Positions 22,500-33,092 of a stretch of DNA of 61,536 nt are shown here, in pieces. This DNA is from Oscillospiraceae bacterium (GTDB lineage: Bacteria > Bacillota > Clostridia > Oscillospirales > JAAYXM01). The notes under the pieces are model-generated. The model was not told the DNA's origin. It saw only the letters and a program-made list of their open reading frames with translations, and searched no databases. Made by a program: the position numbers and the translations under genes. The stretch spans positions 1 to 61,536 of the forward strand of contig JAFYPW010000017.1 of assembly GCA_017559985.1 (NCBI GenBank), in the 5' to 3' direction. Within the stretch, counting starts at the first letter, position 1; the number at the start of each line of letters is the position of its first letter.

Positions 22500-23396
22500 C
22501 TACACTTTCAACAAACCCGTCGCCGAAGCAATATCCTTTTCTATCTGTGCCCGGAGCTCGGCGATTGTTGAAAACTTTTTCTCGTCACGGATGAACTCAA
22601 CAAGCTCCGTACGGACGATTTCTCCGTAGAGCTCACCCGAGAAGTTTAAAATATGCGTTTCTGCGCGAGGTGCTGTTTTCTCCTCAACCGTGGGGCGTAC
22701 TCCGATGTTCGTAATTGCCGGATAAGCTTTTCCTTCTACCGTAACGCGTGAAGCATACACTCCAAAGCGCGGCAGAGCACGGTTTTCACAAAAGCCCTGG
22801 TTTATCGTCGGAAAATCTATGGTGCGGCCGAGCTCTTTGCCGTGTGTGACCTCGGATATGATGCACCAGTTATGCCCGAGAAGGCGGGTTGCCTCTGCAA
22901 CATCGCCCTTTTCAAGAGCGGCGCGGATTCTTGACGAGCTCACCTTTTCACCGTCAAGCGCGACCTCGGATATAATTTCACAGCCTATATCAAGCTCACG
23001 GCAGAGCTTCGAAAGCTTTTCCGCATCACCCTCGCCGCCGCGGCCGAAACGGAAATCAAACCCCGCCACAACGAATGCCGAAGAAAGTTCTTCCCTTAAA
23101 ATTTTTTCGGCAAATTCCCGGCAGGAAAGCGCGGCATATTCAGCCGTAAAGTCCTTTATCACTATATCGCGTATGCCATAGAGCTTTTCTATCAGCTCAT
23201 GTCTCTCCTCCGTCGTGTTAATAAGCTTTATCGGGCTTTTTGCCACAACCTCGGAAGGGTGGCGTGAATATGTCATAACGCAGGCTTTTAAATTGTTTTC
23301 ACGCGCTATTTCCGCACAGCGCGAAAGCAGGGCTCCGTGCCCTATATGTACGCCGTCAAAAAAGCCGAGCGCCACAACTTTCTTTGTCATAATCAC
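22500..23396 (-). CDS. ribF: Bifunctional riboflavin kinase/FAD synthetase
   Basis: LGFFDGVHIGH, GFDFRFG, VSSSRIR, GRTIDFPT, TNIGVRPT. Confidence 0.96.
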   Translation of the reverse strand: MIMTKKVVALGFFDGVHIGHGALLSRCAEIARENNLKACVMTYSRHPSEVVAKSPIKLINTTEERHELIEKLYGIRDIVIKDFTAEYAALSCREFAEKILREELSSAFVVAGFDFRFGRGGEGDAEKLSKLCRELDIGCEIISEVALDGEKVSSSRIRAALEKGDVAEATRLLGHNWCIISEVTHGKELGRTIDFPTINQGFCENRALPRFGVYASRVTVEGKAYPAITNIGVRPTVEEKTAPRAETHILNFSGELYGEIVRTELVEFIRDEKKFSTIAELRAQIEKDIASATGLLKV

Positions 23397-24247
23397 ACCT
23401 CAAAAAAACTTTTAACCGTAACAAGTGCTCCGTCCTCATCCCCCTCGGCAAGCATAAGAAACCCGCCGTTTTCACTATACACGCGATAGAGCTTTCCGCA
23501 TACGGCATCGGACGGAACAGGGGCGCCGTTGCGGCATTTTTTCTCGCCCGACTCATCTATTGTAACACTCTCATACCCGGCAAACATAGTATCAACCGGC
23601 ACAACCGACGGAGCTTTTTCTATCTCCTCCAGCGTCCGCGCCGCAGAGATGTCAAACATCCCCGATTTCGTGCGGCGGAGCGCTGTCATACACGCACCGC
23701 AAGAGAGCTTCTCGCCTATATCGTAAATGAGTGTTCTTATGTATGTTCCTTTTGAGCAGGCTACATCTATCTCATAATCATTTCGCGAAATATGGCGTGC
23801 GGCTATCGAGAAAATCTCAATATCGCGGGATTTCCGCTCGACCGTTTTCCCTTCCCGTGCAAGCTTATAGAGCGGAACGCCGTCGACCTTTATTGCAGAG
23901 AACATAGGCGGGGTCTGGCAAATTTTGCCCTTAAAGCCCTCTATAACGGAAAAAACCTCGTCGGGCGTTACCGTTACGGGTCTTTCACCGATTACCTCCC
24001 CCGTTATATCCTGCGTATCGGTCGTAATCCCGAGACGGAGGCGCGCGGTATATGCCTTATCGTCACAGAGTGCAAATTCGCAGGCACGCGTTGCTCTTCC
24101 CACAAACACAGGAAGAACCCCCGTTGCAAGAGGGTCAAGCGTCCCCGAATGGCCAATGCGGCGTGTTCCGAAAATTCTTCGAAGCCGCGAAACAACACCG
24201 TGTGAAGTGAGCCCCTCGGGCTTATCTACAATCACAATTCCGTTCAT
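23393..24247 (-). CDS. truB: tRNA pseudouridine(55) synthase; start at MNGIV
   Basis: DKPEGLTSH, GHSGTLDPLATGVL, PPMFSAIK, CSKGTYIR. Confidence 0.96.
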   Translation of the reverse strand: MNGIVIVDKPEGLTSHGVVSRLRRIFGTRRIGHSGTLDPLATGVLPVFVGRATRACEFALCDDKAYTARLRLGITTDTQDITGEVIGERPVTVTPDEVFSVIEGFKGKICQTPPMFSAIKVDGVPLYKLAREGKTVERKSRDIEIFSIAARHISRNDYEIDVACSKGTYIRTLIYDIGEKLSCGACMTALRRTKSGMFDISAARTLEEIEKAPSVVPVDTMFAGYESVTIDESGEKKCRNGAPVPSDAVCGKLYRVYSENGGFLMLAEGDEDGALVTVKSFFEV

Positions 24248-24273
24248 TTTATTATCCTTCCAGAAAAGCACAG

Positions 24274-24303
24274 TTTGCGGAACACAGAGCTGTGTTCCGC
24301 AAA
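24274..24303. terminator. Strong stem-loop between rbfA-DHH and truB (terminator or processing site)
   Basis: TTTGCGGAACACA-gagc-TGTGTTCCGCAAA, a perfect 13-bp stem; only a weak U tract follows. Confidence 0.5.
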
Positions 24304-24305
24304 TT

Positions 24306-25610
24306 TCAGAATAATTGAAGTTCTTCTATACGGGTAACTATCTTCTCCACTGCCTCCGAAAGTGTACAGTCCATCGTGCAGCCTGCGGCGCGCTCGTGGC
24401 CGCCGCCGCCGAAAAATGCACAGAATTCTGCGGAGTTCACGCGCTCATCCGAGCGCAACGACACCTTTATCGCGCCGTTTTTTTCGTGGATATATACACC
24501 GAGAGAAACGCCCTTTGCAACGCGCGCAAGGGCGGAAATTCCTTCGAGGTCATCCTCCGTTGCCTTTGTTTTCCTGATTGTTTCGGCAGAAAGTGTGATT
24601 ATTCCCACTTTCCCGCCAAAGCACAGTTTAAGCCCCGAGAGTATCTCGGCTTCAAGCGCAAGTCGCGCGGCTGACTTTTCAACAAAAAACTCACGGTTTA
24701 TCGCCTCAAAGTCTGCTCCGTGCGAAATAAGCTCTGCCGCCTTTATATGTGTCTCGGGAGTTGTGTTTGCGTGGAGAAAACGGCCGGTGTCGGTCGAAAT
24801 TGCGATATAGAGAAGGTCTGCGAGTTTTTTTGTGATTTTAACTCCCATAAGCTTTACGATATCGTAAACAATCTCTCCGCAGGCGGCACTTTCCGCCACA
24901 ACACACGCACGCCTTGAATAGGGTTTATGCGTGATATGGTGGTCAATTGAAAGGTCAACATTTTCCGCAAACTCCTCCGCACCCTCGCAGAAAAGCTTTT
25001 TATCGGCAATATCAACAGCTATGACGCACTTCGGCACAAAGCCCTCCGGCGCAAAATATGCCTTTGCGCGACGACGAAGCCTTGCGGACATCTCTGTGTT
25101 TTCAAAGAGATATGCACGCTTTCCGAGCGAAGAAAGCGCAATGGCGAGTGCCGCAGCACTGCCTACCGTGTCGCCGTCCGGACTTTTGTGTGTGAGTATG
25201 AGTATATCGTCGCGCGTTTTTAAAAACTCTGCCGCAGTTTCGGGGATGAGTTTTCTTTTATCATCGTCCTTTTTTGCGACATTGTCGATAAGCTCCATAA
25301 TATGTGTGCCGGAAACTATCGAATCGTCGGCAACGAATGTGAGCTCGGGAGTGTAGCGCAAACGAAGGCGGCGTGCCGCTTCACGGCGCAGATATCCCGA
25401 TGCGGAGGTTATGCCCTTTATGCAGTCGCGGCGGGCATTTTCGTCGCCGAGCACGCTGACATAAACTCTCGCACTGCCGAGGTCCGGCGCTGTCTCAACA
25501 CGGACAATGCTTACAAGACCTGTAACGCGCGGGTCGCGGACTGTCCGAAGAAGCTCGGACAGAGTTTTCATAAGCTCATCATTTACACGACCTATACGAA
25601 CACTTCCCAT
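24306..25610 (-). CDS. rbfA: RbfA fused in frame to a DHH/DHHA1 (NrnA-like) phosphoesterase
   Basis: N-terminal ~115 aa RbfA (VRDPRV, PDLGSARVYVS, LRYTPELTFVADDS); then HKSPDGD, IDHH, TDTGRF, SLRS, GGGH. Confidence 0.88.
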   Translation of the reverse strand: MGSVRIGRVNDELMKTLSELLRTVRDPRVTGLVSIVRVETAPDLGSARVYVSVLGDENARRDCIKGITSASGYLRREAARRLRLRYTPELTFVADDSIVSGTHIMELIDNVAKKDDDKRKLIPETAAEFLKTRDDILILTHKSPDGDTVGSAAALAIALSSLGKRAYLFENTEMSARLRRRAKAYFAPEGFVPKCVIAVDIADKKLFCEGAEEFAENVDLSIDHHITHKPYSRRACVVAESAACGEIVYDIVKLMGVKITKKLADLLYIAISTDTGRFLHANTTPETHIKAAELISHGADFEAINREFFVEKSAARLALEAEILSGLKLCFGGKVGIITLSAETIRKTKATEDDLEGISALARVAKGVSLGVYIHEKNGAIKVSLRSDERVNSAEFCAFFGGGGHERAAGCTMDCTLSEAVEKIVTRIEELQLF

Positions 25611-25613
25611 ATA

Positions 25614-27941
25614 CTATTCCTTTACCTCCACCATAGTGTACGCCTCGATGACGTCACCTTCTTTGATATCGTTATAGTTTTCAACGCTGAGACCGCACTC
25701 ATAGCCTGAGCTGACTTCTTTTGCGTCGTCTTTAAAGCGTTTGAGTGATGCAAGCTGGCCCTCAAACACAACAATATTGTCGCGGACAACACGAACACTT
25801 GCATTTCGTATAATCTTTCCGTCTGTAACGTGGCAGCCTGCGATTGTTCCGACCTTTGAGACCTTGAAGGTCTGGCGGATTTCGGCGTGGCCGAGAACTT
25901 CTTCGCGGAACTTGGGCGCAAGAAGACCCTTCATCGCCGCCTCAATTTCCTCGATGCAGTCGTAGATTATGCGGTAAAGACGGATGTCTGTTCCCGATGC
26001 GGCAGCACTGTCGCGTGCGCCGGAGTCAGGACGGACGTTAAAGCCGACAACGATGGCGTTCGAAGCGGACGCGAGAAGGATATCAGACTCGTTGATTCCG
26101 CCGACGCCCGTATGGATAACACGGACACGGACTTCCTCATTTGAGAGCTTTTCAAGAGATGCCTTGACTGCCTCTGCCGAACCCTTTACGTCTGCCTTTA
26201 CGATAATCGGAAGTTCCTTGATTTCGCCCTGCTGAATCTGGTCGAACAAATCTTCAAGGGAGACCTTTCTTACTGCGGATTTGTTGATTTCATCCTTCTC
26301 TGTCTGCTTTCTCTGCTCGACAAGCTCGCGGGCCATACGCTCATCCTCTACTGCATAGAAAATGTCGCCTGCGTTCGGAACCTCTGAAAGACCGATAATC
26401 TCAACCGGCACGGACGGACCTGCCGTTTTGAGCTTTCTGCCCTTGTCGTCTGTCATTGCACGGATTCTGCCGACGCTCGTTCCCGCGATTACTACATCGC
26501 CCGAGTTAAGCGTACCGTTTGAAACGAGAAGCGTTGCAACCGGACCGCGGCCGCGGTCAAGCTTCGCCTCAACAACCGTGCCCTTTGCGCTGCGGTCGGG
26601 GTTTGCACGGAGGCCGAGCATATCTGCGGTAAGGATTACCATTTCAAGAAGCTCGTCGATGCCCTGATTGAGCTTTGCCGAAATCGGGCAGACGATTGTG
26701 CTTCCGCCCCATTCCTCGGGAACAAGCTCATATTCCGTGAGCTGCTGCTTTATACGGTCGGGGTTTGCGCCTTCTGCATCCATCTTATTTATGGCAACGA
26801 CAATCGGAACATCTGCCGCCTTTGCGTGGTTTATCGCCTCAATAGTCTGCGGCATAATGCCGTCATCTGCGGCAACGACGAGGATGACAACGTCTGTTAC
26901 CTGTGCGCCGCGGGCACGCATTGACGTGAACGCCTCGTGGCCCGGAGTATCAAGGAAGGTAATCTTTCTTCCGTTTATCTCGACGCGGTAAGCACCGATG
27001 TGCTGCGTGATTCCGCCGGCTTCTCCGCCTGCAACATTCGTTTTTCTGACTGCGTCAAGAAGCGAGGTCTTACCGTGGTCAACGTGGCCCATAACGACAA
27101 CGACCGGGTCGCGGTCTCTGAGGTCTTCCTCACGGTCTTCACTCTCGTCTATGAGTCTGTCCTCTATCGTTACAATAACCTCACGTTCTACCTTTGCGCC
27201 CATTTCGATAGCAACAATGGCAGCTGTGTCGTAGTCTATAACATCAGACAGGGACGCCATAACACCGAGCTTTATAAGCTCCTTTACAACGTCTGCACCC
27301 GTTCTCTTCATTCTTGAAGCAAGCTCGCCGACGGAAATTTCGTCCGGAATCATAACCGTTACCTGCGGCTTCTTCTGGACCTGTGCTTCAAGCTTCTTTA
27401 TCTTCTCCTGTTCCTCCTGGCGGCGCTTGTTGCCGTAGTTCTGCTGTCTGCGATCAGGAGATTTCTTTATTTTCTGTTTGACCGAACCAAGGTCACGGAC
27501 GCTGTCGGGAACAAGGTTGTCAACACGGTCATCATACTTTGAAAGGTCGACATTTCCGCCGCGTGTATCGATAACGTGTGTCTGAACGCCGCGTTTTGCC
27601 GGGGCTGCCTCTTCCTTCTTTTCCGGTTTTTCAGCAGGCTGGGTTGCTTTCTTTTCTGCCACCGGCTTTTCTGCTTTCGCCTCTTCCTTTTTTGCGGGTT
27701 CCGGAGCAGGCTGTTCTTTTTTCTCTTCGTGATATACCTCTGACATAAGGCTTTCAAAGCTCTCAACCTGGTTTTCAGCCGTCAACACGTTAAAGATGAT
27801 ATTGAGTTCTTCATCCGTAAGTGCCTGCATATTCGACTTGGGAGCTTCGGAATATTTAGTGAGAATCTCAGTAATGACCTTTGCGGTAACTTCAAAATCC
27901 TTTGCAATATCACGGACTCTGTATTTCTGTACGCTGCTCAT
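25614..27941 (-). CDS. infB: Translation initiation factor IF-2
   Basis: [28 protein letters not shown]-terminal [12 protein letters not shown]. Confidence 0.98.
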   Translation of the reverse strand: MSSVQKYRVRDIAKDFEVTAKVITEILTKYSEAPKSNMQALTDEELNIIFNVLTAENQVESFESLMSEVYHEEKKEQPAPEPAKKEEAKAEKPVAEKKATQPAEKPEKKEEAAPAKRGVQTHVIDTRGGNVDLSKYDDRVDNLVPDSVRDLGSVKQKIKKSPDRRQQNYGNKRRQEEQEKIKKLEAQVQKKPQVTVMIPDEISVGELASRMKRTGADVVKELIKLGVMASLSDVIDYDTAAIVAIEMGAKVEREVIVTIEDRLIDESEDREEDLRDRDPVVVVMGHVDHGKTSLLDAVRKTNVAGGEAGGITQHIGAYRVEINGRKITFLDTPGHEAFTSMRARGAQVTDVVILVVAADDGIMPQTIEAINHAKAADVPIVVAINKMDAEGANPDRIKQQLTEYELVPEEWGGSTIVCPISAKLNQGIDELLEMVILTADMLGLRANPDRSAKGTVVEAKLDRGRGPVATLLVSNGTLNSGDVVIAGTSVGRIRAMTDDKGRKLKTAGPSVPVEIIGLSEVPNAGDIFYAVEDERMARELVEQRKQTEKDEINKSAVRKVSLEDLFDQIQQGEIKELPIIVKADVKGSAEAVKASLEKLSNEEVRVRVIHTGVGGINESDILLASASNAIVVGFNVRPDSGARDSAAASGTDIRLYRIIYDCIEEIEAAMKGLLAPKFREEVLGHAEIRQTFKVSKVGTIAGCHVTDGKIIRNASVRVVRDNIVVFEGQLASLKRFKDDAKEVSSGYECGLSVENYNDIKEGDVIEAYTMVEVKE

Positions 27942-27959
27942 AGCGTATTACACCTCCGA

Positions 27960-28364
27960 TTATTTTTTAGCTTTTTTTGCACGGGAAGCTCGTCTGCGCG
28001 CTGCGCTCTTCTCCGCCTTTTTTGCAAGAAGCGGAAGGCACTCCGCCGCCTGCTCGTTTGTCGCGGCGAGCTTTTTCGTGATTGCCGCGGCAATGCCCAC
28101 GTCGCAAACCGCGACGGTGGACAACGGTCTCTTCCCGAGCGCGTTTCCGAGCTCCTCGCGGGTTTCGGAAACGACTATATATAAGACATCTGCACTCTCT
28201 GCAATAAACTCAAAGGTTTCCTTTGTCCTCTCCGATGCATCCGATGCAACAAAAAGCACTTTTGCAGTCTTTGCCGAAACGGCACTCCTCACCGACTCGT
28301 CGCCGAGCGAAAGGAGGCCTGCGCGTCTTGCGAGACCGAGAAGGCCGAGATAGCTATTCTCCAT
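27960..28364 (-). CDS. ylxQ: L7Ae-family RNA-binding protein (YlxQ-like) with basic C-terminal tail; start at MENSY
   Basis: LLGLARRAG, ASDAS, ELGNALGK; GGAGG RBS; between ylxR and infB. Confidence 0.88.
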   Translation of the reverse strand: MENSYLGLLGLARRAGLLSLGDESVRSAVSAKTAKVLFVASDASERTKETFEFIAESADVLYIVVSETREELGNALGKRPLSTVAVCDVGIAAAITKKLAATNEQAAECLPLLAKKAEKSAARRRASRAKKAKK

Positions 28365-28635
28365 CGTCCACCTCCGAAAGAGCCGCTCTGAGCAATTCGT
28401 ATACCTCGGGTGAAATTGTCGTTTCGAAAGCGCGCTCAATCGCTTTTGTCTTTTGCGCCTTCGCAAGACACGCCTCCCCGCGACAGATATACGCGCCACG
28501 GCCGGGAAGCTTTCCGACGGAATCGACTGCGATTTCGCCGTCCTTTGATTTTACAACCCTCATAAGCTCTTTTTTCGGGTGCATCTCACGACAGCCGATA
28601 CACTGCCGCATGGGAATCTTTTTTTGTTTTATCAT
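28354..28635 (-). CDS. ylxR: YlxR/DUF448 RNA-binding protein
   Basis: PMRQCIGC, KKELMRVV, GRGAYIC. Confidence 0.93.
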   Translation of the reverse strand: MIKQKKIPMRQCIGCREMHPKKELMRVVKSKDGEIAVDSVGKLPGRGAYICRGEACLAKAQKTKAIERAFETTISPEVYELLRAALSEVDDGE

Positions 28636-28656
28636 GCCTTTCGGGCACCGTCCTTA

Positions 28657-29712
28657 TTACATATTGCTGCTTGCGGGCTTGATGTCTATCTTATAGCCTG
28701 TAAGCTTTGCGGCAAGACGTGCATTCTGTCCGTCTTTTCCTATTGCAAGGGAGAGCTGGTCATCGGCCACGATTACGCGGCAGGTCTTTTCTTCCTCGTC
28801 TGTATCAACGGAGATTACATCTGCCGGAGCAAGTGCTGCCGCAACATAGTCTGCCATATTATCCGAATATTTGACAATGTCAATCTTCTCACCGCGGATT
28901 TCTTCGACTATCGCCGAAACACGGCTTCCGCGCGGACCGACACATGCGCCGATCGGGTCGACATTTTCATCGTTTGCAAAAACTGCAATCTTTGTTCTGG
29001 AGCCCGCCTCGCGTGCGATGCTCTTTATCTCGACGATTCCGTCGCTTATTTCGGGAACCTCGATTTCAAAAAGACGGCGGACAAGGCCGGGATGTGTTCT
29101 TGAAATGATTATCTGCGGGCCGCGCTCGGAGCGCTTGACCTCGACGACATATATCTTTATACGTTCGCCTTCACGGAGAACCTCGCCCGGAATCTGTTCT
29201 CTTGCCGAGAGGTATATTTCCGTCTTCTCTCCGTCGTTTGTTATCTCAATTGAAGCGCCGCCGCTTCTCGGGTCCGTTCTCGTTACGAGAGCCGTGAGGA
29301 TTTCGTGTTCCTTGGAGGTGAACTGACGGAAAACAACCCCACGCTCAGCCTCGCGGATTCCCTGAATTATAACCTGCTTTGCAGTCTGTGCGGCGATACG
29401 TCCGAAGTTGCGTGTTTCAACCGGCACGTTTACAATATCGCCGACACCCGCTTTTTTTGAAATCTTCTTTGCGTCTGCAAGTGCGATTTCCTCTGCCGGG
29501 TTTGCAACATTTTCAACAACAGCCTTCTTGACGTACATACGGAATGTCTTCTTTTCCGTATCCGGCTCAACAAAGACATTTTCTGTTGCGCCGTCATTGT
29601 CGCGCTTATATGCGGCAAGAAGTGCCTGGGCAATTTTTTCAAGCATATAGTCCTGCGGGATGCCCTTCTCCTTTTCAAGCTGCTCTATCGCAGCAAAAAA
29701 TTCTGCGTTCAT
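28657..29712 (-). CDS. nusA: Transcription factor NusA
   Basis: FGRIAAQTAKQV, SRTHP, REAGSRTKIAV, AIGKDGQNARLAAKLTG. Confidence 0.97.
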   Translation of the reverse strand: MNAEFFAAIEQLEKEKGIPQDYMLEKIAQALLAAYKRDNDGATENVFVEPDTEKKTFRMYVKKAVVENVANPAEEIALADAKKISKKAGVGDIVNVPVETRNFGRIAAQTAKQVIIQGIREAERGVVFRQFTSKEHEILTALVTRTDPRSGGASIEITNDGEKTEIYLSAREQIPGEVLREGERIKIYVVEVKRSERGPQIIISRTHPGLVRRLFEIEVPEISDGIVEIKSIAREAGSRTKIAVFANDENVDPIGACVGPRGSRVSAIVEEIRGEKIDIVKYSDNMADYVAAALAPADVISVDTDEEEKTCRVIVADDQLSLAIGKDGQNARLAAKLTGYKIDIKPASSNM

Positions 29713-29750
29713 TTTTCAACCGTCCCCTTTATATAGTTTATGTTTTTTTA

Positions 29751-30206
29751 TTAAAATTCAACCCGCAACCTTACGGATGCGATTTCTTTTTTTGCAAAAG
29801 TTATTTCCCCGCCGTCAGACGCGATTGTGACATCGCCGTCGTTATATGCGGAAAGAGTTCCCCAGAACTCCTTCTTTCCGTCCTTCGGAGAGAAGGTTTT
29901 GAGCGTTACGGAACTTCCCATATAGGTCTCAAAATCGGACGGTCGATAAAGCCGTCTTTCAAGCCCGGCGCTTGATACCTCGAAGATGTACGACTCGGCA
30001 ATCGGGTCTTCCTCGTCAAGCACCTTGTCAAATGCGCGGGAGAAGCTTTCACAGTCATTTATATCGACCGTTCCGTCCTTATCGATATAAACGCGGAGAT
30101 ACTTTTCGCCGCCTTCTTTTACAAACTCGACATCCCATATCGTGAGGTTGAGCCTCTCCGCAACGGGGGCTGCAAGATTTGCAATGACATCACATAGTTT
30201 GTTCAC
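29751..30206 (-). CDS. rimP: Ribosome maturation factor RimP; probable GTG start at 30206
   Basis: LRVYIDK, DCE, EVSSAGLER; first gene of the nusA operon. Confidence 0.94.
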   Translation of the reverse strand: MNKLCDVIANLAAPVAERLNLTIWDVEFVKEGGEKYLRVYIDKDGTVDINDCESFSRAFDKVLDEEDPIAESYIFEVSSAGLERRLYRPSDFETYMGSSVTLKTFSPKDGKKEFWGTLSAYNDGDVTIASDGGEITFAKKEIASVRLRVEF

Positions 30207-30226
30207 AAAAACACCCCTTATATTGG

Positions 30227-30258
30227 TTCGAGAGTGGACGCTCGCGCCCACTCTCGAA
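30227..30258 (-). promoter_or_regulatory. rimP-leader-like hairpin
   Basis: TTCGAGAGTGG...CCACTCTCGAA 11-bp stem containing the GAGTGGG/CCACTC core of the known rimP leader, between promoter and RBS. Confidence 0.7.
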
Positions 30259-30282
30259 TCTTACTTACCTACTTACTACGTC

Positions 30283-30311
30283 AGTATAGCATAAGCTACC
30301 GGAAAATGCAA
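30283..30311 (-). promoter_or_regulatory. Sigma-A promoter of the rimP-nusA-infB operon
   Basis: TTGCAT-17 nt-TATACT with extended -10 TG. Confidence 0.65.
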
Positions 30312-30336
30312 GTTTTTTGGAAAAATTTTTATTTTT

Positions 30337-31818
30337 TTAATTGAAATCAATCTGATTCAAATCAATACACTTTGCCTTTTTGTCGGATTTTGAGAACTGT
30401 TCTGCAATCTTTATTGCGCCGGCAAGCTGTGTGTCCTCGATTATATATTTCTTTTCAAGAGCCTGAGCAGCTGCATCTATCTTCTCAATGAGCTCCCAGC
30501 TGCACGTTGAGCTTATAGGTTCAATGCCCATATCGCGGCAGAACATATTTATCGCATTTACCGTTTTGTTGTCCCAGTTGTCGTCCGGTTTGTCGTAGAA
30601 ATATCCAAGCTCATAAAGCCTTGCTTCGACAGCGCGGATGTTTTCTGTCTTTATCTTGCTTATTGCCTTTTTGTTTTCAAGCGGCGGCAGATACGGAAGC
30701 TTATACGGCTTTTTAGTCAACGAAATGTGATAATCGGGGAGAATTCCTTTCCCATCATAGCTTCCGCTCGTCGGAAGTTTGAGTTCAAGCGACGTAATGA
30801 CAGCCTCGTCACCGGTGCTTGTTTTCAAGTGCTTCTGCCCGAGCCCCTTGCCGAAGCTCTTCTCGCCGACAACAACTGCATAGCCGAGGTCCGAAAGCGA
30901 GCCTGCCATAATTTCAGCGGCACTGGCGGTGTTTTCGTTTATGAGAATTACGAACTTATTGAACTCCCAGCCATAGCCCGCACTCTGGTAAACCCTCAAA
31001 TTGAGCGGCTTTGTCTGCCAGGACATAAGATAAGGAACATTCTTTTCGGGGATTATGTTATCCATAATATTTGTCAGGCAATCAAGCTGACCGCCGGGAT
31101 TGTCGCGAAGATCCAAAATTACGGTGTTTACTTCATCGGTTTCAAACTCGTCATATGCCTTCATAAAGTCTATAAACGAAGTTATGCCTCCGAAATTTGC
31201 AAGTTTTATGTAGCCTACCTTGTCATTGACTTTATACGAGGTGACATCTGACACTCTAACCTTTTCGCGGGTTATGTCAAAGGTGCGACGCTGACCGTCA
31301 CGGAGCACCGTAACCTTGACTTTTGTCCCCTCGCGGCCGCGGATTATTGTTCCCGCCTGCGCCGGAAGATAGCCCTCTATATTCATTCCGTCCACTTCCA
31401 CAAGCTTATCGCCGGGAAGTATTCCCGCCCTCTCGGCAGGGCCCTCGGAAACACTCTTCACAACGAGATATCCGTCGTCGGACGTGGTTATGACAACACC
31501 TATACCAACCATAGAGCTTGACATAACATACATTTCGCCATAGTCCTGTGCTTTGAGATAGTGCGAATATCTGTCGTCACGCTCGTAAATCTTGTTTACA
31601 AGCGTATAGAAAAGCTGCGGGTCCTCTTTGAACATCTCAACAAGTGCCTCACGGACATAGTCTGTCTTGTTGTCGGCAAACAGGCCGTTTTTACGATAAA
31701 TTTCAAGAGCTTCATCAAGCTTTGCGCCATAGTCAACATCCGCGGCAAGTGCCACGGCAGAAAGCATCATACAGAGTGCAAGAACAAGGGCGCATCTTTT
31801 TTGCCACTTTCTTTTCAT
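30337..31818 (-). CDS. S41 peptidase with PDZ and a C-terminal peptidoglycan-binding-like domain (CtpA/CtpB type)
   Basis: Signal peptide, VGIGV, LDLRDNPGG, TASAAE, SFGKG, RLYELGY...KTVNAINMF. Confidence 0.88.
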   Translation of the reverse strand: MKRKWQKRCALVLALCMMLSAVALAADVDYGAKLDEALEIYRKNGLFADNKTDYVREALVEMFKEDPQLFYTLVNKIYERDDRYSHYLKAQDYGEMYVMSSSMVGIGVVITTSDDGYLVVKSVSEGPAERAGILPGDKLVEVDGMNIEGYLPAQAGTIIRGREGTKVKVTVLRDGQRRTFDITREKVRVSDVTSYKVNDKVGYIKLANFGGITSFIDFMKAYDEFETDEVNTVILDLRDNPGGQLDCLTNIMDNIIPEKNVPYLMSWQTKPLNLRVYQSAGYGWEFNKFVILINENTASAAEIMAGSLSDLGYAVVVGEKSFGKGLGQKHLKTSTGDEAVITSLELKLPTSGSYDGKGILPDYHISLTKKPYKLPYLPPLENKKAISKIKTENIRAVEARLYELGYFYDKPDDNWDNKTVNAINMFCRDMGIEPISSTCSWELIEKIDAAAQALEKKYIIEDTQLAGAIKIAEQFSKSDKKAKCIDLNQIDFN

Positions 31819-31833
31819 CTTTTATCCTCCGTT

Positions 31834-32274
31834 TCAGTTTGCGATTTCGGGAGAAGCTTCACGGATTTCCATACAAAGCGCATTCTCACCCGTCACCGCA
31901 TTGTTTATTTCCATTGCATAGTCTATCTTCACTTTGCCGCCGCGCTCACCTATTGTCTTATCTATCTTTTTTGTGCTGACGCCGACGGTGAGCCCGCCAA
32001 AGCCCATATCGTAATACGTTATATGCTTCTTGCCCTCTTCGAAAATCATATTGCTTGTGAGTTCACCGAAGCGCATAACGGTTACCTTGTTCTCTTCAAT
32101 TTTGAGTGTTGTCGTCGTATCTCCGAGCCCCGTAAGCTCGCTTTCCTTATACGACACATAGTAGTTGCCGCCCTTTTCGTAAAAACGGCCGCTTGTGATA
32201 AGCTCTACGCTGTCATCTCCCGAGTCTTCAAAGCTCTGGAGACCGCGTATTGTGATTATAACATCCTTTTTCAT
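31834..32274 (-). CDS. DUF1934-family protein
   Basis: Beta-rich 146 aa with YVSYKESE, TTTLKI, MRFG...MIFEEGK. Confidence 0.8.
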   Translation of the reverse strand: MKKDVIITIRGLQSFEDSGDDSVELITSGRFYEKGGNYYVSYKESELTGLGDTTTTLKIEENKVTVMRFGELTSNMIFEEGKKHITYYDMGFGGLTVGVSTKKIDKTIGERGGKVKIDYAMEINNAVTGENALCMEIREASPEIAN

Positions 32275-32286
32275 TTCTTCCTCCGC

Positions 32287-33090
32287 TTATTTTCCGACAA
32301 TGTGAAGGCTCACTTCTCCGGAGAGCTTTCCTCCAAGAAACTTTGAAGCGTTTTCAAGAAAACCCTCTTTATCGTCGGACACAAAAAACTTATACGAGCC
32401 GTGCTCGCCTTCGTTTTTTTCTATTTCGCTTTCTTCTTTCAGATATCTAACTGCCGCCTCACCCGGGTTTACGAGAGTGACCTCTTCGCCCATAAACTTT
32501 GCTATTGCGCGCTCTATTATCGGATAGTGCGTACAGCCCATAATGAGGGTGTCAACGCCTGCCGCCTTTATCGGCGCAAGATATTCCTCAACCATAGTAT
32601 ACAGCACGACATCATCCGGGTCTACTCTGCCGTTTTCAACAAGCGGCACAAAAAGCGGACACGGCGCGGTGTATATCTCCGCATCGGGGATATTTGTCAG
32701 TATTTCACACTCATACGACCGACTTTTTATTGTCGCCGTTGTTCCGATTATTCCTATTTTTTTATTTTTTGTGGCAAGGGCTGCCGCGCGCGATGCCGGC
32801 TTCACAACACCGATTACAGATATATCATATTTCTCTCCCATAACAGGAAGTGCAACGGAAGATACCGTTCCGCACGCAACGATTATTGCCTTTATGTCGA
32901 AGCTTAAAAGAAACTCAACATCTTCCTCGGCATAACGTATAATAGTCTCTTTTGAACGGGTGCCGTAGGGCACGCGCGCCGTATCTCCGAAATATACAAT
33001 CTCTTCCCCGGGAAGAGTCCGCATTATTTCTGCAACGGCAGTAAGCCCGCCAAGGCCCGAATCAAACACACCTATCGGCCGTTTGTCCAT
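32287..33090 (-). CDS. murI: Glutamate racemase
   Basis: FDSGLGGL, DTARVPYG, VACGT, MGCTHYP. Confidence 0.96.
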   Translation of the reverse strand: MDKRPIGVFDSGLGGLTAVAEIMRTLPGEEIVYFGDTARVPYGTRSKETIIRYAEEDVEFLLSFDIKAIIVACGTVSSVALPVMGEKYDISVIGVVKPASRAAALATKNKKIGIIGTTATIKSRSYECEILTNIPDAEIYTAPCPLFVPLVENGRVDPDDVVLYTMVEEYLAPIKAAGVDTLIMGCTHYPIIERAIAKFMGEEVTLVNPGEAAVRYLKEESEIEKNEGEHGSYKFFVSDDKEGFLENASKFLGGKLSGEVSLHIVGK

Positions 33091-33092
33091 AA

